NCBI GenBank assembly: GCA_965214835.1
Contig: CBDCCK010000002.1
Location: 2,560,001 to 2,624,000 of the forward strand
DNA length: 64,000 nucleotides
Direction: 5' to 3'
Source of the DNA: Nitrosopumilaceae archaeon
Lineage (GTDB): Archaea > Thermoproteota > Nitrososphaeria > Nitrososphaerales > Nitrosopumilaceae
Of this stretch, positions 21,891 to 33,120 are shown piece after piece. Below the pieces are notes generated by a model. That model saw only the letters and a list, made by a program, of their open reading frames with translations, was not told the origin of the DNA and did no database searches. Position numbers and translations under genes: made by a program. Position 1 is the first letter of the stretch. The number at the start of each line of letters is the position of its first letter.

Positions 21891-21982
21891 GTATATCGGA
21901 CTATGGGATGCTGCCCCAACCCCCTCCACCGGTGCCTCCATGATCTGCTTCATGGAAGACGGCATAATGGGCATTTGCCGTA

Positions 21983-22249
21983 TCAGTCCTTGCCGTATGC
22001 TGACTTGTGGTCGCAAACTCGCATCAAATCTATTATCTTTTCAGAGTATCTTATGCTAAAGATCATTCTGTATTTCCCGATCTTGTATGCAAAAACGCGC
22101 ATGCCTGGCTTGTAAACCCCCAAATCAGAAGGGTTTTCCGAATTGGCAAGTTCTTCTAACGCACTGTTGATGCGTTTTTTCGTTTGCAGATCTAGTCGTC
22201 TAAACTGCTTCAGAAATTCGGATCTACGGTAAAAATTCCACATCATCAT
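21983..22249 (-). CDS. relE: RelE/ParE-family toxin
   Basis: EFLKQFRRLD...KRI...YKIGKYRMIF...DH..AY. Confidence 0.85.
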   Translation of the reverse strand: MMMWNFYRRSEFLKQFRRLDLQTKKRINSALEELANSENPSDLGVYKPGMRVFAYKIGKYRMIFSIRYSEKIIDLMRVCDHKSAYGKD

Positions 22250-22371
22250 TCGTTGAGTTCTTCCAAGAGTTCCTCAAGAGTTCTAGTTTTCCCGTCATCA
22301 CTTTCTCTGAATTCCTCAATATCTCTGATCTCTTCTGGTGACAAGTCGTCTGTCTGTCTTGCCTTTGACAT
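22246..22371 (-). CDS. RelB-like antitoxin
   Basis: Acidic peptide ending GKTRTLEELLEEL, overlapping the toxin start. Confidence 0.7.
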   Translation of the reverse strand: MSKARQTDDLSPEEIRDIEEFRESDDGKTRTLEELLEELNE

Positions 22372-22476
22372 GTTTTTCTGTATTTTGCGTACTTTAAAAA
22401 TAGTTGTATCGTAGTCTTCTTGCATCATATGAAAATCATGTCGCATCACCACCAATGCACCGGACCCTTCTTGCAA

Positions 22477-22673
22477 TCTCGGGCACGCCTACATCATCTT
22501 CTAGCACAAACGTCAACGCCATGATCCTTTTGTAGACTTTGGCATCCTTTTCTTTGCGCATGGCCTCTGACAGGCTGTCTGTTTCTTTTGCCATGCCCAC
22601 TACGCCTGTTACGTGATCATCATACTTTTCGAATGAACCCTGTTTTGACTCAAAGACTTCTGCTCGTTGTTAT
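22477..22673 (-). pseudogene. 5' fragment of the IS630 element found at 23156-24265
   Basis: Close nucleotide similarity to 24070-24265. Confidence 0.8.
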
Positions 22674-22691
22674 AAATCAAAACACAGCATC

Positions 22692-23156
22692 TTAGATTTT
22701 TCTAATCCTTCTGAGTTTTTTTATTAACTTGTCATCAAATGTTGATTTTTCATCTATTCGATAAGGGAATTTTGTATCATCATTTGTTAGAGGCTTCTTA
22801 GACTCTTTTGTATATGCAGATTCAAGTTTTTTCAGTGCATTTTTCATTTTCAAAGTTTGTTTTTGAGCTGCATCTAATTCATTTTCTAAATCAGTAACTT
22901 CTTTTTTAGATTTCTCTTCTAAAAATTTTATTCGTTCTTTTAGTTTTTCTGATTCTTGTTTAATTTCATCTGGATTTTTTTCTAATATTAAATCCATTCC
23001 TGTGGTTGCAGGTTTAGGTAGATAATCAGACAGTATTATGTTTGGATCAAATCCTACACTTGTGAGATTCTTCCCACAATTAGGGCACACCACAGCAAGA
23101 ATATCTACCGGGGTATTACAATTATCACAAATTATTTTGAAACTATCAAATGACAT
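22692..23156 (-). CDS. Zinc-ribbon plus coiled-coil protein (AT-rich)
   Basis: CDNC...CPNC followed by a heptad K/E region; sandwiched between IS630 ends. Confidence 0.6.
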   Translation of the reverse strand: MSFDSFKIICDNCNTPVDILAVVCPNCGKNLTSVGFDPNIILSDYLPKPATTGMDLILEKNPDEIKQESEKLKERIKFLEEKSKKEVTDLENELDAAQKQTLKMKNALKKLESAYTKESKKPLTNDDTKFPYRIDEKSTFDDKLIKKLRRIRKI

Positions 23157-24265
23157 ATAGCAACGGTCACAAGTAATTGAGGGCTTTGACCGGCGATCTG
23201 TAAATGTACTTGTACATGCAAAGGTGGGCAAATGACACCGTCCTATAATATTCGGATATGGTGTGCCGCAGCTCGCTGATCCTTCTGTACACTATCCCCC
23301 TGAAAACAAAATGTTTGCCCAGGTTCCAGCATTCTTCCACGATATTGAGGTACGGCGATCCTTTCGGAATCATTATCAGCCTGACGTCGGGATGGCCCGC
23401 CAGATATTCTGCGACATCAGTAGATCTGTGCACACTCCACCTATCACAAAAGACTGCAACCTTGCCAAACTTGATGCGCAGCGCCTCCAGACATTCTATG
23501 AACTGCACCGACGTAAACGATCCCGTAAACGTCCTGAATAGCCTTCTGCCGTCTTCTGCGATGCTTCCAAACACGGCCACCTTTGTGTGGTCCCCCGAAT
23601 ACGATGCCACGCTTCTGGTGCCGACCGGACCCCACACGTATCTGTCGTATGCGCCCTGCACGAAGAACGCCTCATCAGATGACACCAGCGTAAAACCGTC
23701 GTTTTTCAGGCACGGAATCCGCACGTTTTCAAGGTATCGCTGCCACGAGTATACCGAGCTTGGGGTGGCATGGTTGACATGTATGTTTTGCACCTTGCGG
23801 CGCGACAGGCCGTGCTGGCACATCAGTCTTCGGACATGCTCTATGCTGTATTCTATCCCGATGGCATTCCTTATGTCATCGCGTACCGTCATGACATCGG
23901 TACTTTTGCATGCAGTGGACAGATCCATTATGGCTGCAATACTTTCTCTGTCCACCTTTGATCTGCATCCGGAACGGGGAAGATCCCGGAGACCGTCTAT
24001 GCCGCCCTCCGAAAACCTCACCAGCCAGTTGCGCACGGAATTCTCACTGCACCGGATCTTTCTTGCAGTCTCGGGTACGCCCATGTCGTCTTCTAGCACA
24101 AACATCAGCGCCATGATCTTCTTGTAGACTTTGACATCCTTTTCTTTGCGCATGGCCTCTGACAGAATGTCTGTTTCTTTTGTCATACATACTGCGCCAG
24201 TTACGTGATCATTATACCTTTCGAATGACCTTGTTTTGGCTCAAAGACTTATGCTCGTTGCTATA
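23156..24265 (-). mobile_element. IS630-family element, transposase at 23167-24186
   Basis: TIR TATAGCAACG..CA.AAGT..TTGAG; SDEA, CDRW and SPYLNIVE motifs. Confidence 0.9.
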
Positions 24266-25314
24266 CAATAGCATATCCGGTTTCGACGGATTCTGTTGAC
24301 TGTCCCGAATGCGGCGAAAAAATAAATTTATTGCCGTTCAGGCAACAGATGGAATCGCAGACTGGAAAAAAGGTGGTCGAATAAAATGTCCGGAGACGGA
24401 TTTAAGATAATCTTTGAGCACATGGACAAGGAAATGAAAGGACAGGCAGAGCTGCAGGCAGATGCGATCAGGTGCGCGCTGGAGCAAAGCGACGAGATAA
24501 GAAAATTAATCGAGATTATCAACGACGCGGCCCCGGCTGACGAACCCCTCCTCTATTCCAGCTCATAGGTTTCAATTCCTGATTTGAGACCTTGTCGGGT
24601 CGTACTTTGTCCATCTCCGATACTATCTTCATCTGGAACGCGTGTGCAAGCTGTATCCATGATGCATGCAACGCATCTCCTCTTTCCAGTGTACATGCAT
24701 ATGCTTCCCAATCCTTTCATCACCTCCTTGTGAATTGCTAAACCTTACGCGTAGTCGGTGCAGATCAAAAAAATCAGGCATCTTTTACGCCATTTTTGGC
24801 AAATACCATAAAGCCAATTGTGGAATCCATACCAGATAATTGAACAAAAGGTAGACAAGTGCAAGAAAACCACAAAGCTATGTGAACGTTTGATGTCTGC
24901 CGTCATGGTCTTTTTTGGATTTTTCTGCAAACGTATCCTGTTGGGAGGAATTTTTCGGAATGGTCTTTGCGGTCATCCATAAAATCATTGATTTTGAGAA
25001 AAACTTTGGAACATCTGGAACAAAAAGGTGGCAAATATATCAAAAAGCGATCAGAAAAAGCGACCCGAAACAGATGGAGGGGGACATCAATGACCGGCGG
25101 GCATGATTTTCATACAAAACGAGGCGACTCAATCCTCGAAATCATCTTTTGTGATTTTTCGTGATTCTATGATGTCAAAAGTGCCTCTGGGCCTGATTTG
25201 ATACGCCAGTGGACTCTCATCACAGTCATACATTTTTTTTACCCGTTCCTTTTCTGCGTCGGTAATTTTACCCATAGTGTACATACCCAACACCGTTATT
25301 AAAACTTGTAAGGG

Positions 25315-26226
25315 TCAGACAAACACCATCAGCAGGCCAAGACCGATCGGCATCAAATACCAGGCCATCAGCTGCCTTCTTATCTCGTGATCGGCCTGAA
25401 TACTGGGCAGTACCAACGAGGCGCCGACTACAAACAGCCCGATGTCGATTTTTTTCGCCAGAAACAGTTCAAATCCAGCCATGTTGGAAAGGCTTGCCAG
25501 AAAGTACATGATCGGCAAGAGGCACAGGGATATCACGCCTGCCTTTGTCAGTATTTTTGAGGAAGGACTCGCAGCAAGCGAGTAGGTCAGCACAAAATCA
25601 TATTCTATCTCTTTTCTGACCCTCAGGGACATCGAGTGGTAGCTGTTGTGCACTTCAATATGTTCAGGCGGCCTGTCTACGGTTTTAATTCCATCAGACT
25701 CTAAAGATGTGAATCTTGGCCGATCAAAATCAAAGCGGTCGGGTGAAAACAGCGAGTAGTATACGGGGAAATTCTGCGTGTTGATCTTGATGAATATCTC
25801 GGGATTTTTGACCTTCTCCAACTGTGGAAGATATGTCAGGGTAAACGTTCTGATCTGATCCTTTTGCAGGGGCCGGTCCTTAAGCGAAAGCCAAATCATG
25901 TGCTTTTTCTGATCACGTATGTCCTTCAACTCCCTCTCTAGCAGGGATTTCTCGTGTCCTGAGCTGTTCTCTATATGGTATGTGTAGAGAATCTCTGTGT
26001 CCTTGCTTGACATGAGAGGAACGGTGCTGCCCTGCTCATCATGAATAAGCAGGCTGGGAAGGAACTTGTCGTAATTTAGAAAGATGTTCTTCAATTGAGG
26101 CAGCTTGGATCTTATGGTGTATTCTACGGTTATTTTTCTTTGGCTTGTACTGGCATGATCTATGAACAGCCTCTGGCGTATGATTTCCATTGAGCTTCCG
26201 GCCGTCACAACCCCACTTTCAGACAA
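25315..26226 (-). CDS. Hypothetical protein with C-terminal transmembrane helices
   Basis: 303-aa ORF with three hydrophobic segments at the C-terminus. Confidence 0.7.
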   Translation of the reverse strand: MSESGVVTAGSSMEIIRQRLFIDHASTSQRKITVEYTIRSKLPQLKNIFLNYDKFLPSLLIHDEQGSTVPLMSSKDTEILYTYHIENSSGHEKSLLERELKDIRDQKKHMIWLSLKDRPLQKDQIRTFTLTYLPQLEKVKNPEIFIKINTQNFPVYYSLFSPDRFDFDRPRFTSLESDGIKTVDRPPEHIEVHNSYHSMSLRVRKEIEYDFVLTYSLAASPSSKILTKAGVISLCLLPIMYFLASLSNMAGFELFLAKKIDIGLFVVGASLVLPSIQADHEIRRQLMAWYLMPIGLGLLMVFV

Positions 26227-26469
26227 TTATCACGGTTTGTTGTTTGGGGACTATTAACATGTTGTCTCAAGCTGCGTGTCACCACCCATGCCTGAAAAAC
26301 AAGAGCTTCAGGAAACCGCCAAGACGGTAAATGGATCACGGCCAAAGGGATCCGGAATCGTGAGGGCGCCACACGCGGCGTCTGACGACATACGCCGGCA
26401 GTCTCACGACGTGTCGAGAGGGGCCAGGCCAGTTTCTGGACTCACAGCTTGGACTGAAACGCCTCCCGC

Positions 26470-26698
26470 TTAGTCCCCGCCGGCGTACCTGTCAAGGCTC
26501 ATCTTTTTCGGCTGCCAGTCAGGATTCGGTTCGAACTCCTTGGGGAGTCCCGCGATTATCCTGTCTGATTCGACACCGGCGTAGACTGCACGCTCTATCA
26601 CAGATATAATGTCGGTGCTGGTGCAGGGGTCGTTTGTTATGCCGCCGTCCTTGTCCGTGGTGATTTTGTAGCGGCCTACTATCCATTCAAGTGACATC
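26470..26698 (-). pseudogene. C-terminal fragment of a Type ISP (LlaBIII-like) restriction-modification enzyme
   Basis: SLEWIVGRYKITTDKDGGITNDP...IERAV...VESDRII..LP. Confidence 0.75.
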
Positions 26699-27297
26699 CT
26701 GCCGTACTTGCGGCGCAGCGCTCTGAGAAATTCGAGGAGCGTGCCCGTGTTGGCCTTGTCGTAAAAGAGGCAGCCAAGGCCGTTCCTTGAGAGGGCCCCC
26801 ATAGCATAGAACCTCTTCCTTGACAGGCTGACCGGCGTGAAGACCGGGCCTTCCCACGGGATACCGGCCGTTCTTGACGTTCCATCTCAGAATGAACGAG
26901 GCCTCATCCCCTATCATTACCGTGTACCCCCTCTTTGAGTAGTACCTTGCGTACCACCTAGCTTTTTTTGAACTCCTCTTTCTCGGATTCTGAGGCTGAT
27001 TTTGGGTGCTTTGGGCCTGGGCTTCCTGCATGAAAAGTCCATCCTGTGCAGCAGGTCGTACATGCCCGTCTCCGCGTACGTGATGCCGAACTTTTTTGAC
27101 GTGGGCGATGGCCAGCGATCCGCTCCATGTCGTCGCCTAAGCCGCAGCTGCGCGGGCCCGCAGTCAGGCTGCGCGCAGCTGCCAAGCCCAATTGCCGCCT
27201 TGGCGTTCTCGGACTTGTGCATCTTGAAAAGCTCGTCCCTGCCTGCTATCCCGTGCAGGAACGCAGTTCCCGCCGGCAGTTCCTTCCTTCCTTTCAT
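26699..27297 (-). pseudogene. Degenerate IS630 transposase
   Basis: KFGITY...LLHRMDFSCRKPRP, GDEASF and YGAL fragments. Confidence 0.75.
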
Positions 27298-27583
27298 GTG
27301 TTTGTACAGGATCGGCTGGATCTTGGATCCTTTGGTTGAAGAAAATCGCCCTTTTTGTGATCAACTGGTAGCCGAGGATACTACGGTACTACATTTTTCC
27401 ATGATGCTGTACATCAAGCACCAACAGACCAAGATTATGATGATCCATAAAATCCTTGGTACTACTCCAGCTAAGTGAAATGTAAATGGGATTGTTGTTT
27501 TTGCCTTGTCATTGAGGCGTCGTATCTCTTGCCCAGTTTCTGTTTTTGTTCGATTTTCTGGTACATTTCACTTATCTGTACTC

Positions 27584-27705
27584 CAGTCTTCCCAAATGTA
27601 CCTGACTCATCGCGGTGCAGGCGTCCACATGCGGATCTGCAGGCAGCTTGGTTTGAACTGTTTCGAGTTTTAGAATCGCTTTGTGGATTACTTCTGGGAA
27701 GACTG
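27584..27705. mobile_element. MITE family 1 (about 120 bp, TIR CAGTCTTCCCA, 5-bp TSD); copies at 36900-37018, 48997-49114 and 49787-49907; single ends at 5291 and 46817
   Basis: TSDs TACTC, GCTCT and CAGAG flank three copies exactly. Confidence 0.88.
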
Positions 27706-27969
27706 TACTCCACATAACGCAAATGTATTTCACATTAACGCGTGTTTTTTGCTTGTATTGACGAAGATTGCCGATTTGGGGGGGGTTATGGCAGCGTGGT
27801 GGGTTGGCATGTCCAGTGTAACGGACGGATTCTAGGCTAGTAAGGCACCGGTGGCGTGGTAGTGGTGCCGCAATATGCCTGGATGGTGCGGCATCTGGCG
27901 TAAGAAGAATCCGAAATTCGGATTGGCAGTGGGTGTATACGGCGGGCCGCAGTGCAGAACGTTAGGCAG

Positions 27970-29242
27970 TTACGGCGGCGGCAGAGCTGGCAGGACCGGC
28001 GGTGGTGGCGGTGGCAGTCCGGCTTCCGATCCCATCACGCATACGGCAAGCATCACATCAAGCAGGGAGTGCAGCGGCAGGACCGGCGTCTCAAGAATGC
28101 GGCTGTGAGACGACCAGGCCAGCATCATGTTGGCACACACCCACGCATTGTAGAGGACGGCAGTCATCATAAAGTACATGACCCTGACCCCATGCGACTT
28201 GCTGCGTGTCTTGATCCTCATGGACTCGATCATCTTGTAGCCGTTCTCGATACCCCATCGCCTGACGTACCCGTCCACGTCAATGTCCGGATCGTTGGTT
28301 GCAAAGCCGATGTATTTGTTCTCCGGAAGAAGGTTCCCGTCATCCTCTCCATCTTTCTTCCTGCTCTTTTTCCGGCTCTTCCTCTTGCGCTCCGTTATGA
28401 TCAGAGAGTAATCTGCCGTGGTTCTACCTGCACTAGTGAGGACGGCATCTGATACCCGGTCCCTTTGCTTGTCTGAATACTCGCGTATGCCTGCAATTAC
28501 GCTGGGGTGGTTTACGCACGGAACCATGTATGTGATGCCCAGGCTCTTCATCAGGTTGATGATCGCAGTAGAGAAGAACTCGCGGTCCATCATGAGCGTC
28601 TTGATCTGGATGCAGTGCATTTTGCACGTGTCAAGCAGCCTCTTGACTACGTCCTCGTTGGAATCCAGCGGTGCAAACGGCAGGATGCCCAGTATGAACC
28701 GCCTGCCGCCTGCTATACACTGCACCGTACAGTACGTCTCAAAATAAGGTGCCTTTTTGCCCTTTGTCACACCGTGCACCAGGTTCTCCCTGTGCTTGCC
28801 GTCCCTGCGTTCAATCTTGTGCTTGCCAATGGCCACCTCGACGGTCTCACCGTCTTTCCAAGCTCCAATCTTTTTGAGATCTGCAAAAAACATCCCCCGT
28901 GTTTTTGTCAAATGTCTTGATGGCCTCCTCGACGGTCACCTCTGATACCATCTTTCGGAGCCACTCACCTGAGGGTGTGCCCTTCTGCCTGTCACATTGT
29001 TTGGAACCACCGCCTTTGCCCAGTGCAAGGGATACATCGAGCTTGGCCCTTGCAGCCGTAGCCATGTTCTTGTCACGTATTGCAGCGTTGATTGCGCACC
29101 TGCAAAAGTCATTCCTGCCATAAATGGCATTGTGACGCTCAGAGAAGGGCAGAATATCAGCTATTCGGCCAAAGCCCTCAAAAGTATCCTTATAAACAAC
29201 CGGATTGTTTAACATATTGCGTTTCAAGTGATTTGTTTTCAT
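27970..29242 (-). pseudogene. ISH3-family (IS4-like) transposase, frameshifted
   Basis: MMDREFFS, FATN and YVRRWGIENGYK; two overlapping ORFs. Confidence 0.85.
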
Positions 29243-29385
29243 TGCTGATAATAGGTCACCAAACGCATCTTTTAGATCTTTTGGTTGGGAGCAATCGTGC
29301 TCTGCTAACTCGTTTTACATTTGCGTTATGTGTACTCAATTCAATACTCGGCAACGAATATTACATGATCTTTTTTTATTTTGGT

Positions 29386-29652
29386 ATGAAACATAAAGTT
29401 GTTTTTTCAGGGGCAGTATCCATAATAATCGGAGTTGTATTTTCTCTTCAACCGTACAATCCGGGCAGATTTCAAACAGTTCATGAATTTACCATTCAGT
29501 GCCACTTACGTTCAGATCATTTTCTCGAAGTGTTTGGAGGTTCATTGGCAGAATTAGACTGGTGTCTTCACAATACGGGGTTATCCTTGACGCTATATGC
29601 AATAGTTGGAATAGGCGCATTCTTGATTTACAAGTCAGGGATCAGGCAATAA
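29386..29652 (+). CDS. Small two-TM membrane protein
   Basis: MKHKVVFSGAVSIIIGVVF...LYAIVGIGAFLIYK. Confidence 0.5.
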   Translation: MKHKVVFSGAVSIIIGVVFSLQPYNPGRFQTVHEFTIQCHLRSDHFLEVFGGSLAELDWCLHNTGLSLTLYAIVGIGAFLIYKSGIRQ

Positions 29653-29890
29653 GACTTCGGATGAATTTGCTAGATCAACAGGCAATCAACACGGAGAGAT
29701 CAGCCGGAGACGGACGCAGAACCTCAGAATATGCGGGCCGGGGACAGGAGGTGGTTTGGTCAGGCAGTACCGTCTGTGTCTCCAATACTTGGAATGTAAC
29801 ATGGTAGCCCCTGCCCAGAGTTGGAATCACGTCCCTTGCAGGTCAGGCATGAAAACCACAGCTGCAGGCATATTCGTGCCTAGTTGGTTG

Positions 29891-29981
29891 TATGTGGTCA
29901 CGTCCCCTTGCTAGCTAGGCACGAAGATCACAATCACTCATGCTAATTCGTGCCTGACTGATGGGGGTAGGTGACCTTGTA
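29891..29981. mobile_element. MITE family 4 (about 90 bp, TA-flanked, TIR TATGTGGTCAC); copies at 41105-41194, 43841-43931, 49363-49450, 50691-50781 and a partial at 32401
   Basis: High similarity between copies; internal AGGCACGAA/TTCGTGCCT inverted repeat. Confidence 0.88.
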
Positions 29982-30052
29982 CAGTTGGTTAGTGGGTGGC
30001 AACCCCGTACGCAAAAAGTCGCAAAATTCATTAACACAGTATTATGCCAAGA

Positions 30053-32176
30053 TCATGCACTTGCTTTAGTTGCCCTGTATGCCTGGTCAAGACGGCGCAT
30101 GATTTGTTGTAATGATCCTGGCGACATGGTTATTTTTCTTCCTTTTCTTCCAGGGAAAAACGATTCGGCCACCTCTCCTACTTTTTCACCATCCGCATCA
30201 AATGAGTTTGGATTTATTCTAAAAACGACATCTATGACGTATTTTTTACACTCGACTATTGCAAATAAATTACGCTCTTCGGCGGGTTTCTCGGTGTAAA
30301 AAAATAGCCATTTGCGATATGGTTCTGACACGCAATCGAATTTATCATCTATCATTGAAATCAGCTCGTCTACTCTCTCGCTGTTCGCCGGTGTCGCCCT
30401 TTCAAGGCTTGAATCCCATGTATCCCTGTCCTCGCCTTCTTTGCTCGCCAAATCTTTCTCACGTTTTTTTTCATTTGACAGTTCCGGATATTTCCAGATT
30501 TCAAGGGATTTTTTTGCCATGTCATCTGCTCGCTTGCAAATTGCAGTTTTGTTCCATTGCAGCAGATCTTTAAGCTTTAAAGTTAGCCCTATTTTACTGC
30601 TGGAATAGATGAGTTGCTTATCTTGAAATGATTTATCGCTCAACTCGGGATTATAACCCGTCAGTGTAAGATTTCCAATTGTGTGTAGGTGTTTAGAGCG
30701 GATCTCCTCCCACTCTCCTCCCAATTCTTTCTTCCATTCTTCTGACAGGTTTGGGTTTTGCGGCATAATGTGTTCAACAGTTAAGGGCTCGAGGCTAACA
30801 GTTTCTTTTTCTTCACTAAATTTTTCTAATTTGACTAAAAGATATTTCGCTATGCGAGTATTGTAAACATCTTTGTGGATTAACTTGCCTTCAAATTCCT
30901 CATCATCTGGAAATCTTTGGTGTGGTTTCATGCTAACAAATGCGTCCTTTATGCTCTCAACATAATCGCCTTTGGTTTTTCTTGCAAGATTTGCAAATAT
31001 CCTGTTTAATGAGTTTGCGGGAAGTTCACATATGGAACGTCTGAACACATAACTTTCAACCATTGAAAATATCTCCAAAATGTCATTTTTTGTGATTTTT
31101 TTCTCTTCGGATTCTTCTTCTTTGCCTTCTTTATCGTCTTTCTTGTAGTCAGAATAGACCCTTAGCAGGAATGGATATGCAACATCAACTTGAAGTGCGT
31201 TGATATCTGCAATTTTTTGATTAAGATCCGTGTCTGATTCCTTCTCAAATGCCAGCTTGCAAAAGAACTCTGCAAAACGTTTGATGTCAGATACTAGCTC
31301 ACGCGTGAATTCCTGCTCGGATTTTTGCTTGGCAAACTTCTTGAAGCTGGAATACACGTCTTTGATTTTAGGAATCTGGCCTGTTCTGATTGTAAGATAA
31401 TCCCTCATGAATCTGTCAAAATGCTCAGTTCCTTGAGCGTGGAAATTTTCCTCAATGCGAGACCAATAATTGTTGTAAATGTAGTCCTGCTCTTCTTTGT
31501 TCAAATCCATCAAAAGATAATTTCGAATCAGATCTGCTTGTGACAATTCCAGCCCTGTAGAATTCAGGCTTTCAAAGATTAGTTGCGGATCATCATGGTT
31601 GTTGTCCAGAGCAATACAAACGATCATCAATCCACGAATTCCCTGTAATAGCTTATCCAAATTGATTTTACTTTTTTCTATTTTATTTTCAAAGAATTCA
31701 TAATTATTCCGGATGTTAAATGATTCTTTCTCCGAAGGTTCTTGCCCGTCTAATAATCTGATCAAAGTATCTCTGTCACTTTGTGTTAAAATCAGCTTGT
31801 ATTTTTTTTCTCCATCCCCTTTACTGTTAAGTAAAAATTTGCTGATTTGTTCTTTTGTAACTTCAGTGTATCTTTGTTTTTTCAGTGCTTTTGAAAACGC
31901 CGACAGCAGCAATGTCAAAGTTGTTAGACGCTGCTGCCCGTCAATTACGAAATATTCCTTAACTCCTGATTTGCTCTTCTGTTCTTTGTCTTTGTCTATG
32001 TATACGATAGAACCAATAAAGTGTGGATTGTCTTTATTTTTTGAGGCATTTTCGATATCTCTCCATAACTGCTCACACTGTTTCTCAGTCCAGCTGTACG
32101 TTCGTTGATAAATTGGAATGATAAACTGGTTAGAATCTTCTAAAAGTTTTGTTAAACGAGCCTCCTTTGCGTGCAC
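30053..32176 (-). CDS. GmrSD-like type IV restriction endonuclease (DUF262 plus DUF1524) with an extra C-terminal domain
   Basis: IPIYQRTYSW, IDGQQRLTT, IFESLNSTG, VEHIMPQ and IGNLTL..N motifs. Confidence 0.92.
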   Translation of the reverse strand: MHAKEARLTKLLEDSNQFIIPIYQRTYSWTEKQCEQLWRDIENASKNKDNPHFIGSIVYIDKDKEQKSKSGVKEYFVIDGQQRLTTLTLLLSAFSKALKKQRYTEVTKEQISKFLLNSKGDGEKKYKLILTQSDRDTLIRLLDGQEPSEKESFNIRNNYEFFENKIEKSKINLDKLLQGIRGLMIVCIALDNNHDDPQLIFESLNSTGLELSQADLIRNYLLMDLNKEEQDYIYNNYWSRIEENFHAQGTEHFDRFMRDYLTIRTGQIPKIKDVYSSFKKFAKQKSEQEFTRELVSDIKRFAEFFCKLAFEKESDTDLNQKIADINALQVDVAYPFLLRVYSDYKKDDKEGKEEESEEKKITKNDILEIFSMVESYVFRRSICELPANSLNRIFANLARKTKGDYVESIKDAFVSMKPHQRFPDDEEFEGKLIHKDVYNTRIAKYLLVKLEKFSEEKETVSLEPLTVEHIMPQNPNLSEEWKKELGGEWEEIRSKHLHTIGNLTLTGYNPELSDKSFQDKQLIYSSSKIGLTLKLKDLLQWNKTAICKRADDMAKKSLEIWKYPELSNEKKREKDLASKEGEDRDTWDSSLERATPANSERVDELISMIDDKFDCVSEPYRKWLFFYTEKPAEERNLFAIVECKKYVIDVVFRINPNSFDADGEKVGEVAESFFPGRKGRKITMSPGSLQQIMRRLDQAYRATKASA

Positions 32177-32423
32177 ATGCCTGATTTTTTGAGACCCATG
32201 TTAAAACCTTGTGTCGATAGCAATGGATGAAAGTGTACCCCGCAAATCCCGCTATCTTGGATTGTGCTACCTCCCATGGTAGAAACACCGCTGTTTATAG
32301 GCATCTTGGCGAAAAAATCGTATCAATTCATTCAAAACAATCAGACCTTTACAAAGGAGTTACACTTTCAGCCACTGTGAGGGGGCAACCTCGTGCTGGG
32401 TATGTGGTCACGTCCTCCTGCTA

Positions 32424-32645
32424 TCCTGTCGTTTATGGAGTCAATTATGCCCAGCTTGTCATCTATCCTAAAGTTGCCCAGCCTTCTCACCCTTGAGATC
32501 CACGGTGCCGAGAACGGGTTTCCTCTTACCTGTATCCTGTTTTGCAGCAGTATCGCATGTATCTGGTTCTTTAGTATGGTTCTTGACTGCACCATCTTTG
32601 CGCGATGCCTAGTCAGTTGCCTGTTCTGTACCGTCTCGCTGGATG
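32424..32645 (-). pseudogene. Internal fragment of a second IS110 transposase
   Basis: RQLTRHRAKMVQSRTILKNQIHAIL; cut by a MITE family 4 end. Confidence 0.7.
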
Positions 32646-32722
32646 TGTCTTATACAGAAATTAGATCCGCCTAAGATCAGGCGTACTTTGAAGGATTATT
32701 TTAGGCTGTACCGATCAAAAAA

Positions 32723-33120
32723 CGTGAGGAAAAAACTGGAGGAAAAGTCGCTTCGGTACATAGAAAGGTAGAGGAAAAAGGGCGTGCCTGCAAGGCAGAT
32801 AGCCCGGGAGCTGGACATCAGCGACAGGTACGTCAGGAAGATATGGGCCAGGTTCCGCAGCTCCGGCACGGTCCTGCCACGGAGCGGGGCAGGAAGGCCC
32901 GGCATGGATACGGATCTTGGGGATGTGAAGGCGATCCTTGATGCGTATTCCCGGATGCCGTCGGGCGTGGAGCGGCTGGCATTGCGCATGAGGGCCGCAG
33001 GCAGGCAGATAAGCTACTATACCGTATACGGGATCATGAAGGCCGAGGGAATCACGAACAGCTCGCCCGGAAGATCCAGGCAGCCCAAATGGCTGCGCTA
33101 TGAGCGCATGTATTCCAACG
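32723..33120 (+). pseudogene. IS481-family transposase N-terminus, truncated by IS66
   Basis: HTH ARQIARELDIS; WLRYERMYSN. Confidence 0.7.
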